The notes under the pieces were generated by a model that saw only the letters and a program-made list of their open reading frames with translations, was not told where the DNA came from and did not search any database. Position numbers and translations under genes: made by a program. 64,000 nucleotides of DNA, taken from assembly GCA_052327205.1 (NCBI GenBank), contig CM126202.1:165292001-165356000 (forward strand), given 5' to 3'. This stretch comes from Somniosus microcephalus (lineage: Eukaryota). This document shows positions 21,437-33,696 of the stretch, in pieces; within the stretch, counting starts at the first letter, position 1; every line of letters starts with the position of its first letter.

Positions 21437-22639
21437 TAGTGTCAATTAACTGCCTGTTAACAGGCAGTTTTTAGCCTAATCCCTATTTTGAAGGTTGTCA
21501 TGTGGGATTCCCGACGGCTCCAAACCACGCCAAGTTAGAGGAGTCGGGCCGTCGGGTTGAAGGACTTGGAGGGGTCGAGATGTCAGTGTTCAGGTGAGTG
21601 ATGGGTGCATGAGTGCAAAGGTAAGTGTGTTTGGTGTGTCTAAAGTGTGTAAAGAAGTTTAAATTACCTGTACTTACCTTTACAGCCTTCCTTCCTCTGG
21701 GTTTCGGGAGTCCATCATTCAGCCGGCACAGAAAGCAGAATGGCTGCGATCTGTCAAAAGTGACAGCCTGCAGCTTTCAGTGCCCTTGAGATTTCTAACT
21801 GAGTCTGCGTAGAAGGACTCACGTTAGAAGTAAGACTGTCAGTGTTTGACTGCTTCAAACAGCTGTGAAACACTGATATTTCATCTGTCAACACGTCTTG
21901 ACAGATGAAATTTCAGTCGGTGACGTCACCTGTTGCCGGGTGGCCCTTAATTGGCCTGCTGAGCCCGCTGGGCGGGCTTAACAAGGTCAATCAAGTTAAA
22001 ATCACGTGGATTGGCCGCACCTCGATGGAGGCGGGACTACAACCCCGAAAGCTGTAGTCCCGCCTCCTTCCCGACTCCTGAATGAAAATCACCCCCCATG
22101 ACTTTCTCTTACTCTGCCCTAATAATGTGCTTCAACACCAACGTCTACTGCACCACTGTGACATTTGTATTTCCCACACCTGATATATATTATCAGACAG
22201 ATGTTCTGCAATATAGCACCAATTAGTGCTGAAACAGGATCAAGTGCCAGGCAATGACTATCTCCAACAAGCGAGAGTCTAAACACCGCCCCTTGACATT
22301 CAACTGCATTACCATCACCGAATCCCCCACCATCGACATCCTGGGGGTCACTATTGACCAGAAACTTAACTGGAGCAGCCACATAAATACTGTGGCAACA
22401 AGAGCAGGTCACAGGCTAGGTATTTTGCGGCGAGTGTCTCACCTCCTGACTCCCCAAAGCCTTTCCACCATCTACAAGGTACAAGTCAGGAGTGTAATGG
22501 AATACTCTCCACTTGCCTGGATCAGTGTAGCTCCAACAACACTCAAGAAGCTCGACACCATCCAGCACAAAGCAGAGCGCTTGATTGGCACCCCATCCAC
22601 CACCTTAAACATTCACTCCCTCCACCACCGGCACCACCA

Positions 22640-23415
22640 GAGGACTAACAAGGCAAGGGAATACACAATGAATGGTAGGACCCTAGGAAGGACAGAGGAT
22701 CAGATGGACCTTGGTGTGCCTGTACATAGATCCCTGAAGGCAGCAGGACAGGTAGATAAGGTGGTTCAAAAGGCATATGGGATACTTGCCTTCATTAGCC
22801 GAGGCATAGAATATAAGAACAGGGAGGTTATGATGGAGCTGTACAAAATGCTAGTTAGGCCACAGCTAGAATACTGTGTGCAGTTCTGGTCGCCACACTA
22901 TAGGAAAGATGTGATTGCATTGGAGAGGGTGCAGAGGAGGTTCACCAGGATGTTACCTGGGCTGGAGCGCTTCAGCTATGAAGAGAGACTGGACATGTTG
23001 GGGTTATTTTCCTTAGGGCAGAGAAGGCTGAGGGGGGACCTGATTGAGGTGTACAAAATTATGAGGGGCATAGATTGGGTAGGTAGAAAGGAACTTTTCC
23101 CCTCAGTAGACGGGTCAATAACCAGGGTGCATAGTTTCAAGGTAAGGGGCAGGAGGTTTAGAGGGGATTTGAGGAAAAACTTTTTCACCCATAGGGTGGT
23201 TGGAATGTGGAATTCAATGCCTGAAAGGGTGGTAGAGGCAGCAACCCTCACAACATTCAAGAAGCATTTAGATGAGCACTTGAAATGCCATAGCATACAA
23301 GGCTATGGACCAAGTGCTGGAATATGGGATTAGAATAGACAGGGCTTGATGGCCGGTGTGGACATGATGGGCCAAAGGGCCTCTTGCTGTGCTGTATAAC
23401 TCTATGACTCTATGA
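22640..23415 (+). mobile_element. CR1 3' fragment (different subfamily)
   Basis: LVRPQLEYCVQFWSP...KNFFTHRVVGMWNS; (TCTATGAC)n tail at 23399-23415. Confidence 0.9.
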
Positions 23416-23598
23416 CCGTGGCTGCAGTGTGTACCATCTACAAGATGCACTGCAGCAACTCGCCAAGGCTTCTTCGGAAGCACCTCCCAAACTCGCGTCC
23501 TCTACCATCTAGAAGGATAAGGGCAGCAGACACATGGGAACACCATCACCTCCAAATTCCCCTGCATGTCACACACCATCCTGACTTGGAAATATATC

Positions 23599-25344
23599 GT
23601 CCGGAATTTTCCGGGGTGTCTGTGGGCGGGATCAGTGCCAAGTCAGGTGGGAAAGTTTTTTTTGACAGCAGGTCAGGAACCCGCTGTCAACCCGCCACAA
23701 CGCGCCTTTCCCAATGTTGGGTCTGTCAGCGCTGAGCAAACCTGACAGGTAGTGGCAGGAGACCCAATTAAGTCATTATAATGTATTTAACAGACCCTTA
23801 ACAGGCTTTTTTTAAATTACTTTTTAACATTACCTTCATGGTCATGGGAAACACACTGTTTGGGGACCACATCTGTCAACTTGAGGCAGGAGTTCAGTGG
23901 CCATTGCTCGAGCTGATTATTTTACACCTTCAAATGTACAGTAAAAGCTCCCACCTGACAGATCATCACTTTCCTCAGCCACAAGCTGTTTCTCAGTCCA
24001 TTTCCAGCACAGATTCTGCAGGCTTTCCACTTTCCACTCTCATCTCATTGGAAGAATTCTCTCACCATTGATAGAATGCTTCTGTCATCTCTACTTCACC
24101 TGCCATCCATTCTACCAACATGGGTGCCCTTTATGCTCTCTCACCTTGGTCCTCAGAATCCCACCACAATCAGCCCCAACACCAGCAGCACCAGGCACAC
24201 CAGCAGCACCAACAACAACACTAACCTTCTCCGCAATCACCTGATGCTGCACAGGACACAGAGAATCAGCACCTGACCACGTTGCTGCCCGGAAAGCCAC
24301 GGATGGCCTCACCGCAGCCAGATTTACTTCACTTGACACTGTACACCCAGGCTACCACATGATCTACTAGGTTGGCACCACCCCACACCAACACCATAAA
24401 GCATCCCTACAATGTCCAAGCCATTCCTTTCACACGGAGGGTACCGTTATGTCTCACCAGTCACTGCAACTCACTAAGCCACTTCCAAAGGTGCACACAC
24501 ATCAGTCCAAGAATGGAAAGTGTTGAAAATAAAGGTTTCAATGTTTGACACCACATTAACAGAAACTTTACATGAACATTGTATAAAACACCCAAGTGGC
24601 TAATCTTGTGTGTGTTGTTAGTTAGTATGATTGGACTAGGGTGAGAGTAAGTGTAAGGGGTGGCTAGTGAGATGGGGAAGTGATAATATAGATAGAGAGG
24701 GATGGGCGTAGGTGCAAAGTAAGTTGGTGTGAGTAAGGATGTGCAGGAGTAGGGTAGGGAAGGCAGAGTGGTGGGGATGTGATGGGTATCACAGCAGGAT
24801 GAGGTTGAGTGTGGCTTTGTGCTAATGTTTTGTAATCTACTGAGATCATTGAAAGGTTTGCGCCACTGCAGCCTGGTCCTTCTGACGATATCCCTGCTTG
24901 TGACCTCCTCTGCAATGTGCAACAAGGCTGTGTCGGTGTCCTGGTAAGGTCTCTTCTGCTCATGGGAAGGGAAGGGGACCTCCCTGCGACTGTGACTCCC
25001 TCCATAAGCATATGGAGGGAACCATGGGAGAGCCTGGGTGCAGCTGTGCACCTCTGTGCAGTGCTTGTCAGTGTTTCCAGCACCTCAATGCTGTAGAATA
25101 CTGACAGCACAAACGTCAAAAGTAAGGTGGCCATGGTCCCTTTAAGGAAATCGGCTGATAACGCTCACGAATGACGTCACCAGACCCGCTTCCCCTAATT
25201 GGCCTGTGAAATGTGCAGGGCAGGCTTAACAAGCTCTAGCAACATAAATTCATTTTAGATAGCTGGATGAAGCTAGCAGTGGGGCCGTGACCCACCACCG
25301 ACATCGCCCGCCCCGGACCCACCGAGGTGAGCAAAATCCCGGCC
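23599..25344 (-). mobile_element. Non-autonomous Harbinger derivative retaining Myb exon 1 (copy 1)
   Basis: Ends GTCCGGAATTTT / AAAATCCCGGCC, ATC/ATG flanks; frameshifted APRLS...REVPFPS...QWRKPFNDLSR at ~24822-25055 (-); Q/H-rich MGA... segment at ~24120 (+). Confidence 0.8.
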
Positions 25345-25662
25345 ATGGCCGTTCCTCCATTGTCGCTGGGTCAAAATCCTGGAACTCCCTCCCTAACAGC
25401 CCTATGGGACTACCTTCACCACACCAACTGCAGCGGTTCAAGAAGACGGCTCACCACCACCTTCTCAAGGGCAATTAGGGATGGGCAATAAATGCTGGCC
25501 TTGCCAGCGACACCCACATCCCAGGAATGAATAAAAAACAATCAATAGATTGCTTCATACCCAATTTACGTGGGATCCTTACAGCCAATAGCTTCACAGT
25601 AACAGCCACAACGTTCATTTTACCATTATAGGCTGTATTTGAACACAGGTCAGTGAGGTATT

Positions 25663-26418
25663 GGGCCAGTAATTCCGGTCCCAACGCGTGAGTACGGACG
25701 GGGTACTCACGCGTGGGCCCATTGGAAGTGCCGGATTTCAGCATGCACAGCGCATGCGTGGGAAACCGACATTTCCTCCAAGGGTTTCAGAGGTCCAACG
25801 CGTGCACGCAGCACTCTGCGCGCACGCGTTGAACTTCCTTCTTTTTGACAGGTTTGCCCGTGTGCAAGGGCCTGAACGTTTTACACATATAAAAAGGAGG
25901 CGTAAGGACTGGATTATTGAAGGTAAGTGGTCTATTATTTAAAATTATTACATTTTTTCCACAGCTTCATTGTTTTTAAGGACTTTACAGTAAGGTAAGT
26001 TTATTTTTAGACCCGATTTATTAAAAAATTATTCTTTTCAAAAATGTTATTAATTGTTTAAAATAGTTTTTAAAAGTTATTTATAGTTTATATAATTATT
26101 GGGATGTTTTTAAAATTTTTATTTAAAGTTAAACTAGTCTTTTGGGTGCCCGTACTTTTCATGAGTTTGACAGTTCTTACTGTCAAACTCATGAATGAAG
26201 TTTCCCCTCCCCTGATTGGCTGCACAGTGCTCACCTGATCCCAGCCGGCACATCGCACTAACTACGCCGCTGGATCAGGCAAGCACATCGCGCCGACATC
26301 TGAACCGGGCCAGTGACAGGAATTCCAAGCCGGCCCAGGCTTCAGATGTCGGCGCGCCGGGTGAGTGCACATCGGGGGCTTGCACGCGCGGCAAGCACCC
26401 GATCCTAATTTCTGGCTC
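25663..26418. mobile_element. Harbinger-type MITE with ACGCGT/GCGCA subterminal motifs
   Basis: TIRs GGGCCAGTAATT / AATTTCTGGCTC; AT-rich centre. Confidence 0.7.
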
Positions 26419-27284
26419 AATATGGCTGTCCAACCCAGTTCCTACTTATATAGCTTCTCGAGATGGCAGCCACGGATGTGAGGTTACCAGCTGTGCAATC
26501 TACAAAGGTGAAAGCAGGGATGATTCCACTAAGCTATGTATAGAATTCCTGGTGTGTTCCCAAATGTCATCATTGACTGCAGTTTGCTACAGGCTGCCTT
26601 TCCCACAGCACCATTCAACGAGCTGCTGATTAAATGAATGAAATGTGTGATTGCAATTCCCACTCTACATTCCATCTTTAGCTCTGAAAACTGCAAGGAC
26701 TAATGTGCACCTCTGACAGCTGCCACATTGTATAGGTATCTATTTACTGGAATCATCACCAGTCCTACGTTATAGTACCCGTCAAAATCATTGTTAGACA
26801 CCAGTTTTTTTTCTAATATCTTTTTTCTAAAATTTCAGTTTCAAGGAAACTGCAAGCTCCAGAGCACATTTCTTTACTGCGAGCTGCAAGATGAAGTTTG
26901 TTGTTCGGTGGGACAATTATTCAATAATTATTTCATTATTTCTAAAAGATAAGTAAACAGTTTTCAAATTCAAGGCAATGGAATAGTCCCTTTAGGTTAC
27001 TAACTCTGAGCGCCCACCATGAACTATTTCAGCTTTGCTTCAGGTTGAAGCTGCAGTGCCCTGGAACGTAAGAGAATAAGAATTTCAAAGAACCGGAAAA
27101 GACATTTCGCCCAGGAAGATCATCCCTTTTTCACAGATTATTCACATCGACCCACCATCTCACCATAGGACTGATCGCACAGTCCTGTGTGCCAGAAGGG
27201 CTGGTGTCCAGCTGGCACAGAGGGAATGCTGAACTGGGAGGTCAGGCCAGGCACCAGTTTCTTTATGGCCTGGAATTTTGCCTT

Positions 27285-28550
27285 ATTTGTTCTTGGGATG
27301 TGGGCAACTCCAGCAAGGCTGGATTTATTGCCCTTCCCTAGTTGCTCTGAGAAGGTTGTGCTTGGCCTTCTCTTTGAACTGCTGCAGTTCTTGTGGTGAT
27401 GGTGCTCTCATCGTAGGGAATTCCAGGATTTTGACCCAGTGACGATAAAGGAATGGCACTATGGGGGGAATTTTGCCAGCCCTGGGGATGCGGGTTTGGA
27501 GATGGGACTGCCGGTAAAATGGCAGAAATGGGGGCAGGTGTTCATCCCGCCCCCAACCTGCCTCCGTGCCATCTTCCCAGGAGGCGGGTCCCCGACCTGC
27601 ACTGGGAGCCGCCTCCCCGAGACGGAAAGGGGATTACAGCCACTTAACTGCCTGTTAACAGGTAGTTAACAGGCGGTTAAGAGGATTATCCCCAGTTTAC
27701 CCTGCAAGTGCAGGCTTCCCGATGTCGGGTAACCCCTCCAGGGTCAGTGAGGCGTGCAGTGGGCCTGCGGGGGTCAGAGGGGTCAAAAAGTGCGCTGTAG
27801 AGGTGAGTGATGGGTGCAAGTGTGGAGAGCTAAGTATGTGAGGTGAGTGTAAAGTGATAGAAAATGTTTACTTATCTTTATTTCTTCCTGCAGGCTTCAA
27901 CAGTTGGGGAACCGGAGACTCCGGCATCTCACCGGCAGAGATGACAGAAGGCTGCTGCATTCTCCGATGCAACAGCCATCTGATTCCTGCTCACAAGAGA
28001 GGTTTGATGAGGTCTTGAATACAAGGATTCCTCAAGCAACAGAGAATGTCAGTGGTTGACAGCTTCACAGAGCTGTCAAACGATGACAATTCATCTGTCA
28101 AAAATTTTTCTCTGTCACTGGCTTTCCCTTAATTGGCCTGCTAAGCCCACCGGGCGGACTTAACAAGGTCAATCAAGGGAAAATAGCGTGGGTTGGCCAG
28201 AAGTCGATGGAGGCGGGACTAAAACCTGACAAGTGGGAATCCCGCCTCCAAAAGCTCCCCATTGGCAAAATCCAGCCCATATGTGTCTAAATCAGAATGG
28301 TGTGTGACTGGGAGGTGATAATGTTCCCATGACATTGCTGTTCTTGTCCAGTGTTTGAAGTTACAGGGCTGGGAGGTGCTGTTGAAGTAGGTATTGGAGA
28401 ATCACTGCAGTGCATTGTGTAGATAGTGCATACTGCAGCCATAGTGCACCAGTGGTGGAGAGGACAGATACTGAGTCCAGTGGCAGGGATGCTGATAATC
28501 AGACTGCTCTGTCCTGGATGATGTTAAGCTTTGTGTGTGTTGTTGCAGCT
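27285..28550 (-). mobile_element. Old Zenon-like LINE 3' fragment split by a MITE
   Basis: gggatgtgggc...ttccaggattttgacccag (27295-27460) resumes after 28279. Confidence 0.65.
27463..28278. mobile_element. Harbinger-type MITE (family M1)
   Basis: TIRs GGGGGGAATTTTGCCA / TGGCAAAATCCAGCCC; colinear with the other M1 copies. Confidence 0.8.
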
Positions 28551-29569
28551 ATTATTGTGAAGCTGCTCTAGGTTTTAGGCCTTTTAAACCAGACTAAAGT
28601 GATCTCACCAAAAATGAACCATCTGAATATTAAAAGGGAAACCTAACACAATTTTTCATCTCTTTGGGACGGGGTTGTACCCATCGGAAATGGGCTTAAA
28701 AGAAGCTCCACAGATAATAGAGCTCTTAAAAGATTCAGAGGCTTTTTAGCCTTTTTTATTTTCCAGTTTTACAGTAAGGTTTTTTAACTTTTTTTTAAAT
28801 TCATTTTTTGTCAACATTTAAAATTTTTTTTTTTAAAGTCCTTCTTTCGTTTCATTTCAAGAAGTTATTCATTCTCTCATCAGTATATAATGTTTATGTA
28901 GAACCAAAAATAGGCAAATTATCTGCTAATTCACCAGAAAGATGACTACAATTAAACTATTTGCAAAATAGGAAGAGCCGAAAAAATGGACATGAAAAGG
29001 ATCTCTCATAAGAGAAACTTCACTGGGAGTGACCAGCCATCGAAGTGAAGAGTCTTATGGTGGTCAGCAAATCAGGTTCAAATGAATAAATGAATGTTGG
29101 GTTGGTTTTGAAATACTACAAATATTTGGCTGAGCTAGCACAAGACGACAGAAGGCATGTCAGGGAGCTCAGCAATTACCAAAGCTGGACTGCCACACTC
29201 CTGCAGGCTCTGACACATCTATCTGGTTGTAGCAAACTGACTCCGCAGGAGTTTCAGGCCAGCATGGAGCCAGTTGAAAATCTGTGTCATCTTCCACAAG
29301 GACATCATAGAGCCAGTACTTTCAGCATTAGTCAGAGTTACCCTCAACCTTTTTGCCCCTGTCTCCTTCCAGGCTAGCATAGAGATCATCTGCAGTATCA
29401 GCCTGCACATATGTCAACTTTGTGACTGATGCATAGATGAGCTTGGCCAGCACTTTCATCTCTTAACCCACTGAAGAGTAACAGCAGCGCAACACAGCAG
29501 TCCCATGTCACCTCCCTGTCACATTTCTGAACTGGGGCCTTAGCTTTTCACCATATATACAAATGAATA

Positions 29570-30638
29570 GAGTTGTATCCAAGTTTGCCAATGACATTAT
29601 GTTAGGAGGCACAGCAAGTTGTGTGGATTGGAGCAGGAAGTCATAAAGGGACATTGACAGACCAAGTGAGTGGGTAAAACTATGGCAGATGGAGTTCAAC
29701 GTGGGGTAGTGTAAGGCCATCCACTTTGGTCCGAGAAAGACAAACTGGAATCTTTTCTTAATGGTTAAAGACTAGGAGCTGTGGAGGATCAAAGGGACTT
29801 GAGTATCCATGTGCACAGATCACTAAAAGCTAATGCACATATACAAAAAGCAAGCAAAAGTCTAATGGACCATTGCCTTTATCTCAAGGGGCTGCAAAAC
29901 AACAGTACTGCGGAAGTGGTGCTTCTGTTGCATAGAGCCTTGGTCAGACTCCATCTAGAGTACTGCATTCAGTTTTGGGGCTCGCACCACAGGAAAGGTA
30001 TATTGGCCTTGGAGGACTTACAGCACAGATTCACCAGACTGATACCATGGCTTAAATTGTTAGATTATGAGGACAGGTTAGTTTGTATTCCCTTGAGCTT
30101 AAAAGGTGATCTAATCAAAGCCTTTAAAATGATAAAGAAATTCATTAGGGTAGTAACCAGTGTTCCCGTTAAGCTGTGTGGCCACGCGCCACACAACTAT
30201 CTGGATCTCCCACAGGTCGCTTGCTGGCTTCTCAATGGAAAAACCGCGCATGCACGGGAATCTGAATGGGCCGCACAGTCCCTTAAAGGGGCCACACGCT
30301 CAAAAAAAAATTAGATGGAATATTGGTAGTAAGAGAGAAACTATTTCCTCTGGAGGGGGAATCCAGAACAAGAGGCACAATCTTAGAATTAGAGCAAGGT
30401 TATTTAGGAGTGAAATCAGGAAGCACTTTTTCCACACAAAGCGTAGTAGAAATCTGAAACTCACCCCCCAAAAGGCTGTGAATACTGGCTCAAATGAAAT
30501 TTTCAAGACTGAGATCGATAATCTTTTGTTGGGTAATGGTATCAAGGGATATGGAGCTAAGGTGGGTAAATGGAGTTGAGGTACAGATCAGCTCAGCTGA
30601 AGAGACTGAATGACCTACTCCAGTTCCTATGTTCCTAT
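29570..30638 (+). mobile_element. Old CR1 3' fragment
   Basis: Decayed SKFAND, ALVRLHLEYCIQFW, RSEIRKHFF; tail ...ttcctatgttcctatg. Confidence 0.85.
30158..30325. mobile_element. Small hAT-type MITE inserted in CR1
   Basis: TIRs CAGTGTTCC / GGAATATTG; 8-bp TSD GTAGTAAC/GTAGTAAG. Confidence 0.8.
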
Positions 30639-31292
30639 GCTCCCAAAGTATTGATGGCAGCCATGTGACTCTCGTGTAGCCCATCCTGTGCATCAGTATT
30701 TAATAATCGTGCAGGTAGGTTGTGTTACACTAACTTTATGCATAGAGCTCTTTAAAGATGTGTGTGCTGAGAACGCAGTTGTAAGTATGTGGGTTCAATA
30801 ATTCTTTTCTAGTTACCATGAAATGAAGGAAGAAATAAATATTACTGTAAAGTATAGTACCAGACTTTTTTTTAAATCATCCCAAAATAGTTCAACACAA
30901 TTGGCGTTTGTGCGCTTAGGCTAGGGAGGGGTGGGGGGAGACCCCCTCATGGTTGCTCCTTCTGATTGCTATCTTGTGGCCTCGGAAAAGGAGCTGTGTG
31001 TGGTCATCATGTGAACCTGGCTTGACTGTGATGTCTTTCACAGTTGAATAGTCAGATCAAATATCCAGGCTCACAGATTTAGAACAGTCATTTGATGAGG
31101 TACTGGAAGGCTGCTAACATCTTTGGAATTATATCCCAACAAGTAAGAAAAAGGAGAATGTTGCAAAAGATATATCGGAGGAACATGTCAAGAGTATTTG
31201 GGCTGGTGATGTAAGCCAGTTTTCTCAGAACAGCAACTAGCTGTTCAATGTAGAAGCCACCATAGTATAATGATTTTAATTTAAAATATTAG

Positions 31293-32025
31293 GGGGGAGA
31301 AACTTTTGAAATCTTGAAAAACTGGCGCCAGGCGCTAATGATTGTGAGCTTCCAGTAAGTTGGCTGTTAGCGCTCTAGGAAGGAAGTGGAGCGCTAAATC
31401 AAGTGCTACCATTTCTCTTGGAGCGCTAAAGCCGGCAAGAGGGGCGGTAGCCGTGCAGCGCTGGCCAATGTCAAGGGCAACGCTGCCGGGAACAGAGGCT
31501 CCATCCCTCCCTTAAAGGGAAGGTCCCTGGCTGCAGGCTCTGCATTGAAACAAGGTCCCTCGTTGCCGACAGCAGCTACAATCTGACGCAATCAGCCCCA
31601 AGCACTCTAACAGATTGCAGGGCTGATCGATCGTGGCCGAAGAAAATGCTGAAAAATGGACCTAAAGCATTAAGAATTTTTTTTTCACGCTACCATCATC
31701 ACCTTTAAATACCGCTCCCCAAGCGCCCGGCCTCCCTGACACTGCCTCCTGCAGCTGTCTGTGTTGTCGCCCGGCAATGCTGCAGGGGACGGAACTGAAT
31801 TTCGGGTCCGGGGTGCTACCAGGGCAATGCGCAGCACGATGATGTCACAATCTCTGGGTGCAGGAGATCGTGGCACCAGGGGTTACCGCTGCTGCAAACC
31901 TCGACGGGAATTTCGCAGGCATCGGTACTCTCGCCGCGCCTGGTCGCAAAGCCGGTAGCGCCCCATTATCGCCCCCCCCCCCGGAGGCGCTAACAGGAGG
32001 CGTAAAGGAAGCGAATTTCTAGCCC
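31293..32025. mobile_element. Harbinger-type MITE (GGCGCTA motif class)
   Basis: Ends GGGGGAGAAACTT / AATTTCTAGCCC; TSD TAG; repeated (T)AGCGC motifs. Confidence 0.8.
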
Positions 32026-32365
32026 TAGGAAAATAATTTGGGATATGTAGCTGAAATAGCAGCAAGGTGAATTATTCCATTTCTCAGAATTCAGTGTTCC
32101 TTCTAAATTCTGGTAAAGTAGTGGGACCTGCTGCAGGCACTAATTAGACTAAATTGCTTTTGACTAATGAAATGTGCATACAAAACATGAGTGGCTGCTT
32201 TACATAGCCAGCTCAGCCTACTCGGGGACATTTATATAACAAACGAAAGTTCTGCTTCCCGCTTAGCTCATTAATATCAGGATTAAATTGATAGCTAGCA
32301 TGGAAAATATTAAACATTTATAGCTAGCCAACACACCGGGAGGTCAAAAATCCACTTAACAAAAT

Positions 32366-33692
32366 TCGACTTCTCCGTCTCCATCTCTGGGGATAGGTTA
32401 TTGACCAATATTCACTACAAGCCCACCGACTCCCACAGTTACCTGGACTACACTTCCTCCCACCCCGCCTCCTGTAAGGACTCTATTCCATTCTCCCAGT
32501 TTCTCCATCTCCTCCGTATCTGCTCCGACGATGCCACCTTCCACACCAGTGCTTCCGATATGTCTTCCTTTTTCCGCAACCAAGGATTCCCCTCTACCGT
32601 GGTTGACACGGCCCTCGACCGTGTCCGTTCTATCTCCCGCACTTCTGCCCTCACCCCTGCCCCTCCCTCCCGGAACCACGATAGGGTTCCCCTTGTCCTC
32701 ACCTTTCACCCCACCAGCCTCCACATTCAACGGATCATCCTCCGCCATTTCCGCTACCTCCAAAGTGATCCCACCACCAGACGCATCTTCCCCTCCCCTT
32801 TCAGCATTCCGTAGGGACCGCTCCCTCTGAGACACCTTAGTCCACTCGTCTATCACCCCCAACAGCCCTTCCCCTTCGCCTGGCACCTTCCCGTGCAAGC
32901 GCAGGAGATGTAACACCTGCCCCTATATCTCCCCCCTTCCCACTGTCCAGGGCCCCAAACACCCCTTCCAGGTGAAACAGCGATTTACTTGTACTTCTTG
33001 CAATCTAGTATACTGTATTCGCTGCTCACGATGCGGTCTCCTCTACATTGGGGAGGCCAAACGCAGATTGGGTGACCGCTTTGCGGAACACCTCCGTTCA
33101 GTCCGTAAGGGTGACCCCGAGCTTCCGGTCGCCTGTCATTTTAATTCACCGCTCCATTCCCACTCGGACCTCACTGTCCTTGGCCTCTTGTACTGTTCCA
33201 CGGAAGCTCAACGTAAACTCGAGGAACAGCACCTCATCTTCCGATTAGGCACTTTGCAGCCTTCCGGACTCAATATCGAGTTCAACAATTTCAGATCAGA
33301 ACCTCGGCCCCTATTACATTTTTACTTATATATTTTTTTCCACCCCTTGTTTTGGGTTTTCCCTCCCCCCCGTTTCCTTTTTTTTTCTCTCTCCCACATG
33401 GCAGCTGTCTCTCATTCTGCCAGTACATTTCACACCTAATCTGAGCCGTCTTTTGTCTCCACTTGTCCTATTACCATCTCGTCTGGTTTTGAATACCTCT
33501 TTATGTCTCTTTACTTCTTTTGTTCTATCGCAGCCCTGCCTTGTGATCTATTTCATTTCCTTTCCAGTTTTGAAAAATGGTTCACCCGAAACGTCGACTC
33601 TAATTTCTCTCCACGGATGTTGCCTGGCCTGCTGAGTTTTTCCAGCATTTTCTGTTGTTATTTCGGATTTCCAGCATCTGCAGTATTTTGCT
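32366..33692 (+). mobile_element. Penelope-like element, 5'-truncated and decayed
   Basis: RT C-terminus TNIHYKPTDSHSYLDYTSSHP...SIPFSQF; GIY-YIG endonuclease LVYCIRCSRCGLLYIGE..RRLGDRF.EH; frameshift/stop near 32800-32830; pLTR-type 3' end. Confidence 0.92.
33562..33602 (+). ncRNA. Degenerate minimal hammerhead ribozyme motif in the Penelope terminal repeat
   Basis: TTGAAAA (for CTGANGA)-short stem-CGAAACGTC layout; core mutated. Confidence 0.45.
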
Positions 33693-33696
33693 ATCG

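Larger units (their letters stand above)
16598..22097. mobile_element. Harbinger-type MITE (family M1) hosting a CR1 and an LTR element
   Basis: Ends GGGTCGATTTTCA / TGAAAATCACCCC with ATG on both flanks; pieces 16598-16717, 19801-19855, 21441-22097 are colinear with copies at 27463-28278 and 55800-56435. Confidence 0.75.
22240..25538 (+). mobile_element. Zenon-like LINE 3' part, split by a CR1 and a Harbinger derivative
   Basis: Pieces 22240-22636, 23415-23598, 25345-25538 are colinear with 53505-54279. Confidence 0.85.

Noticed and set aside
22254-23333. 359-aa ORF that looks like a new RT fusion gene
   Set aside because: Chance in-frame junction of a Zenon-like C-terminus and an inserted CR1 fragment; no catalytic core
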